DNA from: Octopus bimaculoides
Taxonomy: Eukaryota
DNA: 64,000 bases
Assembly (NCBI RefSeq): GCF_001194135.2
Contig: NC_068983.1
Span: 156,294,329-156,358,328, forward strand
Direction: 5' to 3'
In this document: piece after piece, positions 51,773-64,000 of the stretch
Position numbering within the stretch: position 1 is the stretch's first letter
Layout: each line of letters begins with the position of its first letter
The notes under the pieces: model-generated
Told to the model about the DNA's origin: nothing
Database searches by the model: none
What the model saw: only the letters and a program-made list of their open reading frames with translations
Translations under genes and position numbers: made by a program

Positions 51773-54700
51773 TCATTACAACGACAACGGTTTTCTGCTA
51801 GGCCCTCCTTGATAATATTTTCATATTTGATTCCCAATTCTAATAATTTTTATATTTTACGTCGTCTAATTATTTCTTTATATAACATCACGGTAGTCCA
51901 ACAACAGATGGAGAAGCAATTTGTCAAGTTTTACCTTCCCGTCAAAGGAATATAAAGATTACAATTCATCAGCCCATTGCAAACAATGAATGAAATAAAC
52001 ATGAAATCGTATAAATTAAAGGACATTGCTACAGATGGATACGCCCCCGAATTTGTTTCCTTATAACATCCATAAAAATGAATACTTTTTAACAAGATTT
52101 TCTACAAATACCGCTTAGATGTGGTGGTTTCAGAGTATATAGGAATTTTTGGGAAAGAGTTTTTCCGATGGGTTGGAGAGAGGACTTTTTTCACTCATAA
52201 CTTTCAGGAAAATTGGTATCTTTTACCGAGAATTTATACAAATCCCTTTCAAACGGCAAAGATTACGATTATAAAGAAATTTGTGAGGAAAAGCTTTTCG
52301 GGGATTTTCCCCATTCTTTTTAAACTACAGTCTTCGAAATGATGTGGCTGTGGGGTAGAATCTTTGTATAAATAGTTTTTTTACAACCCCTCCTCCCTCA
52401 TCATCCAGTGGGACGGAAAATGGAATACTCCGCAGTGAATGCAATGAATATTTAAATTTGTGAAGAATTGGACGCAGTGAATGCAATGAATATTTAAATT
52501 TGCGAGAAACTGGAGTTAAAAAATACAATATACTTGAGAAATCGAAATTACAGGAAATTTCTTAGAACATGGATTGATAAAAATATTTCGAGACCGTCAA
52601 CCCTTTAACAATTGCTTTCTTTTAGTACTTTTATTAATTGTTACAAATCGCAGACACTGACAAGTGGTCTCTCATATACAGATTACTCACTACTGAAAAT
52701 CAGAGAAGATGACCACCTGTAGGAAAAGGACCATGGGGGATGAAACATCATGAATACACAATGGTAGCGAAGAATTGTTCCATCTACCGCCTCAGTCCAA
52801 TTGCAAATTAAAGATCTTATCTAACGGATTATTATTCGCATTTCGATTATTATTATTTGCTATAATTCTTTCTTTCAATTCTCTCGGATATTCATGACAC
52901 ATATCATTTCCTTATTTCCACCAAATACTTTCTTCCTATAATTCATTTGCTTACTTCTCCTTCTCCACAACATTCTTATCACATTAAAAATATATATAAA
53001 CACTCACACAGGTGTAATATTATAGGGGACCACTTAAACTTACTATACTGAATAGACAAAAAAAGTTGTGCGCATGCTAATAATTATAACACAATCTCCA
53101 TAGTATTTCTCTCCAATTCATACTTCTGGCTCCTGTCTTTCACCATACGCACAAGATATTTATTCCTCTAGGCCACCATATCTTTTTACGAGGAACCATA
53201 AATATCCATACCATGATCTCATGAAAGGTATCCAAAATATTAGGCAGTATGGAAATCATTGCATGTATAACAGCAATACTTATGTAAATACATCATTGTT
53301 TGTTAGATTTTGTAAGAACTATCACTTTTATTGATATGATTATAAAAGCTACTTTTAAAGTACTTACTATTCTTTTCTTTAGTTGAATGTAGTGAATGAC
53401 TGCACATTTTTATCATAGGTTTGCTCTAATACTACTTCCGACTAAGATGATATACATATAATATATGCTCTGTACACCTACTAGAATTTATACATTGTTA
53501 TATCTCATCTATCCCTTCGCTCCATATTCACACACATATGTGTATTTTTATTGTGAATGCTTTTTTGTAGATGTTTCATATGTTTGGTTTTCGGTTGTGA
53601 TACTCGTTGAGTTCTAGAGTTACAAATAACGTATACTTTCTACGACTCTTTTGGATCCTCTGTACTTCGATTCCGACGCACAGACTTTAGCTCGAATAAA
53701 AACTTGACAGTCGCAAACATATCAATTTACAACCAGTAATTATGGTGTCATTGCTGTTATTTGAAAATTCACTTTCATTTCTGGCCAACTCCATTGACGA
53801 AGACATATCTATGGGCAAAGGAAAATGATACCTTGTGACGTTCGTAATTTTCTAAAAATTTCCTAGAAAGAATTAGCTGTTAATAGATACACACGAATTG
53901 TATAGATACGACGATCACTATAAATTTATCAACTTTCATCTTTCTGCATGGATTTCATGAAGAACCGTTTAAACTTGTGGATAACTAAAATTACTAATAT
54001 GAATCTATTTAGATATAAACGGTTCCTAGTCGGACAATAATTTTCACAATATTTAATGTAAATGTTGTCATTTCTGATATTTTAGAATTCGAATCTAACA
54101 TGGAATGTGGGATTCCACATTTCCTTTGATAGTAACATGATCGAGAAATTACGTACAAGTGATATAGTAGTAATTATTCAATCGACAAATCTTACACCAC
54201 CAGAAATATTCTGCCAACAGGATAATAAATAACAATATGATGCTAATAATGTTTACATTATTTTACTCAATTCTCAGTATGTTTAATGTTGTCTGGCATG
54301 AAAGGAGGAAAGCAAATTCTTAGTATACGTAAGAAAAATGGAGGCATTATTCTTCTGAGGAAAACAGATGTCTTGAAATTTGATCAAACTCCAAATTTTA
54401 ATAGTGCAAATATTTAGATGCTATTCCCACCTACCATTTCTTTAAAAATTGCACGTCTGGACAATGTATATAAAACTCTTATCCTAATTTATGTAGCAAC
54501 TGTACATTGGCCCAATTACAAAAAGTATATATATAAAATATTCACATTCATTTCAATAGTATTTCCAAAGTCTCTCTTCATGGAGGGGGAGAAAATATAA
54601 TAGAGATGCACGAGATCCTTACAGTGACGACTATTTACGGAAGTCTGACCAGTAGTGAAAATTAGCACAAGCTTTATAATGATTATGTGATAGAAAGTAG

Positions 54701-55221
54701 GTAGAAGGAGCAGTGTTGTGGAGTGAAAGCGAACGGAGTTGTGTGTAAGTAGTAGAAAATTTTACCGCATGGTCGGAGTGCAAAACTGTGATTCAAGCGT
54801 AGGAGAAATAGAAGCTTAGAAAAATGACATAGGCTCTATTGCTGGAAATGGTCAAAGACATTAGGAAAATCAAAGGCCATAGCAAATTTTCCGAGACTAT
54901 CTAGCTGTAAATAGTTACCTGAGAATAGGATGCTTCACCGACTTATTCATAAGAGGCAGCGGCAAAAGTCACAGCGCCATTTCACATTAAAAACAAGATG
55001 AATTCGTAGATGTAGTACGAATTCATACTGTTTTTAATGTGGAATCACACCATGTCGTATATCAAAAAGAATTTAAGGTCTATTTCTGTATTCAATTACT
55101 ACCGCATCTATTGACATGAATATATTTATCTAAACCTCAAATACATAGAAAATGATATTCGATCACTGATTGTTTTATTTATTTTATTGTATCCTAATTG
55201 TAGTAGTAGTAGTAGTAGTAG

Positions 55222-55256
<35 letters not shown>

Positions 55257-56145
55257 GCAGAGGTTTCTCGTGGGTAAAGCATAGAGTATTATGCTCATGA
55301 GATTTCCCTTTAAATTCTTATTCTTCAAGTTGGACAAAAATTCGAAGCGAAATCATTAAAATTTCATATCATAAATTAATGCTTTTCAGACTTTATTTGC
55401 AGCAAATAAATACATACATGTTTCTTTTTTTAACTTTCTTCATCTTACCTTCCTCAAGATTTTCTGTAGATAATAACAAGTCTTATTTTTTTTATTTCCT
55501 TGTTCACGCTCTTATATTGCCTCAGTTGATTTAACCGCCAAAATATTTATAAACCATATAACTAATGATATTTTTTCCTTTCATTTTATGTTTACTTAAT
55601 AGGCTAATGTTACAGTGTATATGTGCTTGTGCACAGCATACTGAAAGTGAAAGAGAGAAAGAAGAAAATTTTTGGCTAGAACTGTTCAAGTTGAACTAAC
55701 TAACTAACAAATGTTGCAAAATATTTGCTTGATATACAGGAAATGTCATATTTGAAGAAAATTGGGCGAAAACGTGCTATATTTATTGCTTGGCTCAAAT
55801 CCAAAGAATTCACTGAACTCAATATAGATTTTCAGATATCTATCCTAAATACATAACGCCAGCTTTGTTTGGTGTGATGCTACATCTTAAATGTCGAACT
55901 GTCACCGTGAAATCGAAAACCATTATCTATCAGTCTACCAATCTCTCTATCCACTTCTGTACACAAAATTCTTTGCATACATACGTACATAAATATATAT
56001 ACGTATATAGATATACATATATATATACACACATATATATATGTATACAGAGAGAGAGGGGGAGAGACTATTTATATATACATAAAGACATACAAATACA
56101 TATAGATAATATATACAAACATACACCATATACACACAGTGAGAT

Positions 56146-56197
<52 letters not shown>

Positions 56198-56201
56198 GAA
56201 C

Positions 56202-56243
<42 letters not shown>

Positions 56244-57851
56244 TCATATATACTCATTGCTTTTGAGAATATGCCATTGGCCTATGATAATTATTGTAAA
56301 TCTGATAGGGTTCAGTGGCAGGCCGCAGATAGATGTATGGTGAATTTCAATAGGATCTGCGACCCGATTTTGATGCACCGATTGAAACAGTTTGGTTTCA
56401 ATTACAATAACGATATTTGTATGAAAAGACTTTACAATAGCAATATTTAATTTTCATTCTGACATATACCCTTGCAATGCCTTTAATTTAAAGACAAACT
56501 CTCGGGTATGCCTTTTATAAAATTCCATTCTATATTGACTGACAAATTAGAAAACAGACTACATTATTTATGACTTTGACAAACTTCAATACAGGCATGA
56601 ATTTCATTAAATCCAGTTACTATTCCGTCTACACACCAACAATTTTGTTATTAATTAGTTAAAACTAATTCTCGATTGACTGAGTAGTAAGTTCAATTCA
56701 CATATGTTCATAGTTCCAGAGACATTTTCAGTTGCATGCACCGATTTAGCACGCCAAAACTAAGACTTTTCAAAATTACTCTTTATAATCAATAGAACCA
56801 CGTGCACATGTTTTCATTGATGGGAGACAGTTAGCACGCGGTTCTGTTGGATTATAAACTTTATGGCAGTCTGTACTGAAGATAAACAGATATTTTCGGT
56901 AAGAAAATGTTGATTTTGAAACCATGGTCTAGTATTTTTAATTTTCTCTAGTCTCGCCCGCCTGTTTTTGCTTCGATGAATTTTTCTATGAAAATGTTTA
57001 ACTGATCTGCTTCTAGCATATTACCAATCTACTTAATGGTCTCTCTTATATATNNNNNNNNNNNNNNNNNNNNNNNNNNNNNNNNNNNNNNNNNNNNNNN
57101 NNNNNNNNNNNNNNNNNNNNNNNNNNNNNNNNNNNNNNNNNNNNNNNNNNNNNNNNNNNNNNNNNNNNNNNNNNNNNNNNNNNNNNNNNNNNNNNNNNNN
57201 NNNNNNNNNNNNNNNNNNNNNNNNNNNNNNNNNNNNNNNNNNNNNNNNNNNNNNNNNNNNNNNNNNNNNNNNNNNNNNNNNNNNNNNNNNNNNNNNNNNN
57301 NNNGTTTGTGTGTGTATGTGTGCTTATGTTTCTGTAAGTGTATATTGTATTTATGTAACATATAAAGAAGAAATGCATTAAGGAGTATAAATCACGGAAG
57401 GCAGTAAAAGTTGCTACTCTATGGGATATGTTCAATAGTTGCTATGTACGTTAGTAGACTTCAGGGAGAGGCAAAAGGAAAAAAGTCCGTAGTATTCATA
57501 TGACATGAGTTAGTAGACACAAAAAAATCATCACAGGTAAAAAGCGTATAACTAAAAAGATATAAGAAATGTATGAATATTCTACTTTACAGCTGTTTCA
57601 AGGCTAGTTGCGTAATTGGTCAAGTTTTCTTCATGCTGCCAGCATCTAATAGTTTTGTAGCAACATATACCATTTTTGGTGGTAAACTCTTTTGAGATTC
57701 AATAACAGATGAATAAATACGAAGAGTAGCTGATATATAGAAATGAGTATAAATGAAAAGTGACAGATATATTGTGTACACCCCTGAGGAAAATATATAG
57801 AAAGAAAAGGAAAAGAAGAAAGTTCAACACGCCCTGCAGTAGGTAGGTATA

Positions 57852-58742
57852 CTTGTGGGAACCCAAAAGTAACCGGAAATGTTCTCTGTAGGACAAGCCC
57901 GTTGTAGTTCGGGCGTCCGTCGATAGAAGCCAAATGATGCAACCCTCAGGCATCAATCTAACGACCGGCGTCGGCGTGTTAGTCCTACTGCCACGCGGTA
58001 CGTTTTTGTCTTGCAGTGCTACTTCCCTGTCGATGGCTGAAACGAAGGAACAGCGTGTTTCCGTGAAATTCTGTCTTCTGCTGGTGGAAGATGCCCACCG
58101 AAGCAGTTGTCATGTTTCAAACAGCTTACAAGGACGCTGCCATAAGTAAAACACAAGTTTATGGGTGGTTTTCATGCTTTAGGAATGATCACATGTCGCT
58201 TGAAGACCAACCTCGTTCATGGTGACCGTCGATCTCCCTAACGAATGAAAACATCATGAAAATTCATGAACTGATCTTGGAGGACCGTCACTAAACAAGT
58301 GACGAACTTGTTGATATGACCGATGTGACCTGGAGCTCCTGCCAAAGAATTTTGAGCGAAGAATTGCTAATGAAAAGAGTTACAGCGAAAGTTGTGCCTC
58401 GCTTGCTCACGGAAGACCAAAAGCAGTCACGACTGAATGCGTTTCGTTAACTGAAAGAACGGTTGGAAGTTGATCCGCACGTTTTTTCGAAAGTCATCAC
58501 TAGTGACGGAAACGGATGCTAAGGAACTTGCTGTTGTGGAAAAGGTGAAAGAAAAAAACGACGGCGGCGTTAAGAGGCATCACTTTGCATGTGTCCCACC
58601 GCTTCGAACAACAGAAAACGCGTCTGGACCGATGCATTGCTTCAAATAGAGAATACTTTGGAAGTGATAGAAGTGTGAACATGTAAATCTAAGTGAATAA
58701 AATAACACAGGAAACTTTCGGTATCTTTTGGGTACACCCTCG
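57852..58742 (+). mobile_element. Mariner (irritans/Himar-like), internally deleted
   Basis: ATG at 58033: MAETKEQRVSVKFC..., KTQVYGWF, SLEDQPRS, KVVPRLLTEDQK, KVITSD (D1), then a deletion to ..RLDRCIASNREYF. Degenerate TIRs (ACCCAAAAG core) bounded by TA at 57850-51 and 58743-44. Confidence 0.88.
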
Positions 58743-59023
58743 TATATGTATATTTCTATCCTCTACTCGCTTTCAAATATATATGAAATATACCTAATAC
58801 ACCTATAATTTTCATATGCTAGCCCTTTTATGAACATCTAAAAATATGCCATGTATTTATATATGAAATTTCTATATATATCTCTAGTTTCGTATAATCT
58901 TTTGTATCCTACTTTGAAATTATTTTTCATGACCATGTAAACACTCAATGTGGATAACGAAGGAAGACCACAACATTTCATTTTGAATACGGAAGTATTT
59001 TCAGAAATGTACGTATATAATAT

Positions 59024-59403
59024 GTTGTTGTTGGCACTCCGTTGCTTACGACGTCGAGGGTTCCAGTTGATCCGATCAACAGAACAGCCTGCTCGTGAAA
59101 TTATCGTGCAAGTGGCTGAGCACTCCACAGACACGTGTACCCTTAACGTAGTTCTCGGGGATATTCAGCGTGACATAGTGTGACAAAGCTGACCCTTTGA
59201 ATTACAGGCACAACAGAAAGAGGAAGTAAGAGTGAGAGAAAGTTGTGGTGAAAGAGTACAGCAGGGTTCGCCACCATCCCCTGCCGGAGCCTCGTGGGGC
59301 TTTTAGGTGTTTTCGCTCAATAAACACTCACAATGCCCGGTCTGAGAATCGAAACCGTGATCCTAAGACCGCTGCCCTAATCACTGGGCCATTGCGCCTC
59401 CAT
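59024..59403 (-). mobile_element. Full-length SINE family C with 11-bp TSD
   Basis: Inverse of 39345-39734. TSD GTATATAATAT at 59013-23 and 59404-14. Confidence 0.93.
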
Positions 59404-59984
59404 GTATATAATATATTATTTATATTATATATTGGCTTTAAGAATTTTTATTCTCTTAGGTTTCTTAGTTTGCATGCACTTATATGTCTTCCGGCGTTGC
59501 TAAGTTACATGTTAATCATTATTATTTGGAGCAAGTCCATTACTGTGGGATATTCTTAATAGATTCTTTTGCTTCGTTAATCTTCATATACATGAACACG
59601 TATACGTATGCATATATACAGATATCTAAGTGTGTGTGTATGCATGTGCACGCGTGTGTGTATGTGCGTGTGCATGCATGTAAATGTATATGCATGTATG
59701 CACCTGTATATAAATGTAAATATAAATAAAGACTTCAAATTAAATTATTCTAAATGACTTGAGATATTCTTTCTGCCTTGGTTTTGATTTTTCCTTTCAT
59801 ATAATACATACATGCAATAACGTAACTCTAACACGGATCTCTAGATCCAGCCTTAGCTGTGATCTTGGGACCTACAGGTTGCCCTACTATAGCACTTTGT
59901 ATGTATATATATATATATACACTCATATATAAATGCATGTATTGTTTGTATATATGTATATATGAATGTATGCGTGTGTGTTCT

Positions 59985-60188
59985 TGTCCTCGTATTCGTC
60001 CTCCACCACCACTTACCAACCGATATTGGTTTGTTTACGTCCATATAACGCAGGAATTGAGCAAAAATGGCTGATAGAATAAGTGCCAGGTATTTAAAAA
60101 ATAAATACTGGGATCAATTTGATCGATTTTAAGCATTTAAGACGGTGCACCACCATGCCAGTAATCAAATGACTGCAACACGAAAATG

Positions 60189-60237
<49 letters not shown>

Positions 60238-60240
60238 TAC
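59985..60240 (+). mobile_element. SINE family A 3' half followed by (TAGA)n
   Basis: GTTTACGTCC...GATAGAATAAGT...CAAATGACTG. Confidence 0.65.
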
Positions 60241-60635
60241 GTATATCTCTACAGGAAAGAGAGAGATATGCGGCCATTTCTTCTATGGTGAACAACTTCG
60301 CTTCGCATCCTTATGGACATAAGTAAACCTCACTGTTCAATAATAGGACGATTTCATCCTGGTATAGCCCCTAACTGACCAATATGTTCATTAATGAATT
60401 CAGTAAAAAGAAATTGCGCACCACCCACTCGTAGTTATTTATGTGTGTTGTGTGTGTCAGCGTATATGTGTCCTTCTATTTGCCACAGTTATTTTGTTTT
60501 TGGCTTCAAGTCGCAACGATGTTTATTTATTTGTATCTCCATACCATAGCGAATAGCATAAAATATACAGCGTTGCGCCAGCCTGACCACCGTGCAATAA
60601 CCGAAGCAGATTACAGAGCAATAAATACATAAATA

Positions 60636-60712
<77 letters not shown>

Positions 60713-61259
60713 NNNNNNNNNNNNNNNNNNNNNNNNNNNNNNNNNNNNNNNNNNNNNNNNNNNNNNNNNNNNNNNNNNNNNNNNNNNNNNNNNNNNNNNN
60801 NNNNNNNNNNNNNNNNNNNNNNNNNNNNNNNNNNNNNNNNNNNNNNNNNNNNNNNNNNNNNNNNNNNNNNNNNNNNNNNNNNNNNNNNNNNNNNNNNNNN
60901 NNNNNNNNNNNNNNNNNNNNNNNNNNNNNNNNNNNNNNNNNNNNNNNNNNNNNNNNNNNNNNNNNNNNNNNNNNNNNNNNNNNNNNNNNNNNNTATATAT
61001 ATGCATATTACATATATGAATGTGTATATGTATATATGGCTTTTGCTTTAAGCAAGAAAAAATATTCTAACCCAATGAAGAGAATAACACGTCAAAGAAA
61101 ATTTAAAGGCTGCTTCTCACTCACAGAGCAAGAAATAAAACGAATAAATGGAAAGCAATTCTACGACTCAAGCTAAGATGATTCTCCTAGTATTGTGAAG
61201 CCAGTTGTAAACAAACAGAAATGAAATAAATTGTCTGTAAGAAGACACTGCAAATATAC

Positions 61260-61403
61260 ATAGATACACACACACACACACACACACACATACACACACA
61301 TACACACACATGCACACGCACACACACATACACATATAGACGTACACACACTCACACACAAGCATACACATGCACACATATACATACAAGCACATACTTG
61401 TAT

Positions 61404-61447
<44 letters not shown>

Positions 61448-61500
61448 TTAGTTAGTTAGCTCGTTAGATAGATAGATAGATAGAGAGAGAGAGGGGGGTG
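61260..61500. repeat. (CA)n/(TAGA)n compound microsatellite
   Basis: Visible. Confidence 0.95.
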
Positions 61501-62868
61501 AGATAGATGAAAACATATAATCATCCATATATTGATATATAAGTTACAGGTGCATGTTTTAGGTTTCTGCCAACCAACCAATTGAATGATTTTACTAAGA
61601 TTTGGAGTACAGGAAGTACGTGTGCAGATGAATAATTTTTAGTGGGTGTACCCTGCACTGCACTACCCCCACTTATTAGCCCAAGAAGACTTTCACCGGT
61701 GTGACTAGAGAATTGACAAAACCAGGAATTTCCAAGGCCTCAGGTTTTATTTCGGAGATTTCCTTCTCCTCGGTAGATTACCAACCAATGTTAAAGATCT
61801 TCTATTTGTTTACAACTGGCTTCACAATATATATGTATAAATGTATACACACATAAGCATATACGCAAACACAACGCAGAAGATACTATTTTACTGTTAA
61901 AATGTGATTACTTTTGCAACAGCAAATCAGCATCATTACAAAAGAGTCAATAAAAACAATATCGTTTTCTTCTCTTATTTAAATAGTATATAAATATGTG
62001 CGTGTGCGTGTATGTGTGTGTGCATTTGCATAAACCTGTGTCTGCCTGTGTATGTATTTGTGTGTGCCTCTGTATGCATTTGCCGGTGTGCAACTTTGTG
62101 CGTAATTGTACGTAACTGTATGAGTGTGTAAATGATTGAGTGTGTAACTGCGTGAGTAACTGTGTGTGTATGTGTGTGTATGTGTGTGTCTCTTTGTGTG
62201 TGTATGTCTGTGTGTCTCTTTGTGTGTGTGTGTGTGTGTGCGTCTGCCTGTCTATCTGTCTGTCTGTCTGTATCTGTGTTTGTGTCTGTGAATATTAGGA
62301 TTAACAGGCTAACTAAAAGATAGCATCTAAACCACGATGCACATCCTGGAAATTTTCTCTTAGAATAGCGTTAAGCAGCATAGTGTTTTGTTGCAGTATT
62401 TGTGTTACTGACTCTCTCAGTCTGGATATTTATCGACAGCTCAATCTTTTGATAAGTACGAGTGGGAGTGTTGTGAAGCATGAAAATAAGTGGGGCCAAC
62501 ACAGTACATTCATAGATAGCAATAGTTAGCTGTTAAAAATACAGTGGATTCTAAAATATTGGAGTCGATTTTATGTTGGATACTGTTACCATCAAAGATT
62601 GTAAAGACAAGCATTCCCATACCGCGCATGCTTACATATATTACATTAAAACGTGGATACCAACTGTTAATCCCCAATGTTTTTCTCTAAGAATTATTTT
62701 TAATATTTGATAAGATAGTTACATAGAAACTGGTTGTATTTCAAACCACTCACTGTAACAAAAATATTAAACATTCTCTAAAATATACTTATGTGCCTTT
62801 TCCAACTTCATTTACTTTTTTTAACCATAATTTTTGATTTGCATGGTATCTTAACCCCTTTTCAACTA

Positions 62869-62988
62869 TGTATATATTGACAATATACATACATACATAC
62901 ATACATAGGTATACTTAGACAAGTTTCCGCCAGAATTGGCCCAGGCCATTACCAAATCGACTACTTCACGCCAGATGGCGCTATAAAG

Positions 62989-63022
<34 letters not shown>

Positions 63023-63110
63023 GCACACACAGTCACACATACATACGCGCACACACACACACTTATGTATGTATGTATGTATGTATGTATGTATATTGTC
63101 AATATATACA
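62869..63110. repeat. Small foldback/MITE-like element with 42-50 bp inverted arms
   Basis: Left arm 62869-62910 TGTATATATTGACAATA(TACA)nTAGGT; right arm 63061-63110 is its reverse complement with two extra TATG units and one mismatch. Confidence 0.75.
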
Positions 63111-63723
63111 CATTCTTAACCAGGTTGCCCTTCTCCACGCACACAATAGATTAAATCTTAAGAAAATACGAATTTACAACGCGAAACCGGTCGACAAACA
63201 CAATGTAAAATATATTAATAAATATATTAAACCATGTAAAGTGTGTGCATTTTCCTTCTTTTATATTATATATTTTTTTGCATTACAAAACACCACGTGG
63301 GCATAATGGAAATTCCCCCCTTTCTGTTATATATATAGAGATATACATACGGGTAATGTGATTGATCGATCGATCGATCGATAGATAGATAGATATGTTT
63401 CTTTATTAGCCACACAGGGCTCAACATAGAGGGGACAAAATACAAATGTAGAGTTTTTCTTTTCGATGGGGACGAAAATAAAGTAAAAATTAAAATGGGG
63501 ATAACGATGAAAAGGCATCGAGAAAACGTTTGGGGTATGTACAAAAAAAAAAAAATATTACAAAAATTTCACAATAAATGGGGAGGTTATCCGTGGAGAG
63601 AAAAACCTACGGAAAAGACCACGGTAACCTCGGTCCTTAGTGTCACAATTTTTTAAATAAAATTTCTTTTCTTTATGCAAGAAACGTAAGTAACTCTCTG
63701 TTTACAAAATTTTAAAACGTTTT

Positions 63724-63724
<1 letters not shown>

Positions 63725-63772
<48 letters not shown>
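63725..63772. repeat. (TAGA)n microsatellite
   Basis: Visible. Confidence 0.97.
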
Positions 63773-64000
63773 CATAAATTTGTGTGCGCGTGCGAACGTG
63801 TTCTTGTTTTTTTAATTCTTTTTGTGTGTTTGTGGAGCAGTGTTTCTTATAAGACATTCTCATCAATATACTTCTTTTATTCAAATTCATTTACTTTTTT
63901 AATTGGCGATTCATAGAGATCTTCAGTAGCTCTTTATACTTTCGGGCTCTGTTGCTGCTTTAAGTTCTTCATAGACTTATCTTTTCCACGAAACCATTTA

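Noticed and set aside
52431-52502. Direct repeat as a CRISPR array
   Set aside because: Two units with a 12-bp spacer, eukaryotic context, no cas genes.
54290-54600. Another TRPM pre-S1-like patch (KW..CLEI, SH..FL*K..VW)
   Set aside because: Spacing is wrong and matches are too loose to separate from chance.
54000-55140. Possible large inverted repeat (ACATGG..ATTCCACATT) plus small hairpins at 54102 and 55001
   Set aside because: Only short scattered matches; no definable arms or TSD.

Overview
AT-rich, repeat-dense eukaryotic (animal) draft-assembly DNA with 12 N-gaps, nearly all flanked by (TA)n/(CA)n/(TAGA)n or trinucleotide microsatellites. The tRNA-headed SINE families resemble, from memory, those of Octopus/cephalopods (inference). 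I find no intact protein-coding gene, rRNA, true tRNA or CRISPR array, and most track ORFs are microsatellite or N-gap artefacts. Recognisable content is decayed mobile DNA: four mariner elements from about three subfamilies, including a full-length 1286-bp Hsmar1/cecropia-like copy with TIRs and TA duplication; a Penelope-like RT; a CR1-type RT; a Tx1/L1-like ORF2 tail; a stacked cluster of R4/Dong-like RLE-LINE ends in (TAA)n; and many SINEs. The most interesting signal is not in the ORF track. Frame-by-frame reading of the repeat-poor blocks shows collinear, stop- and frameshift-ridden remnants resembling TRPM(2)-type cation channels at about 20.4-26.2 kb (-), 16.1-16.6 kb (+) and 33.0-33.3 kb (+), with weaker hints elsewhere, suggesting a decayed TRPM gene cluster. 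All family assignments are by-eye motif recognition against remembered sequences and need tblastn/HMM confirmation.
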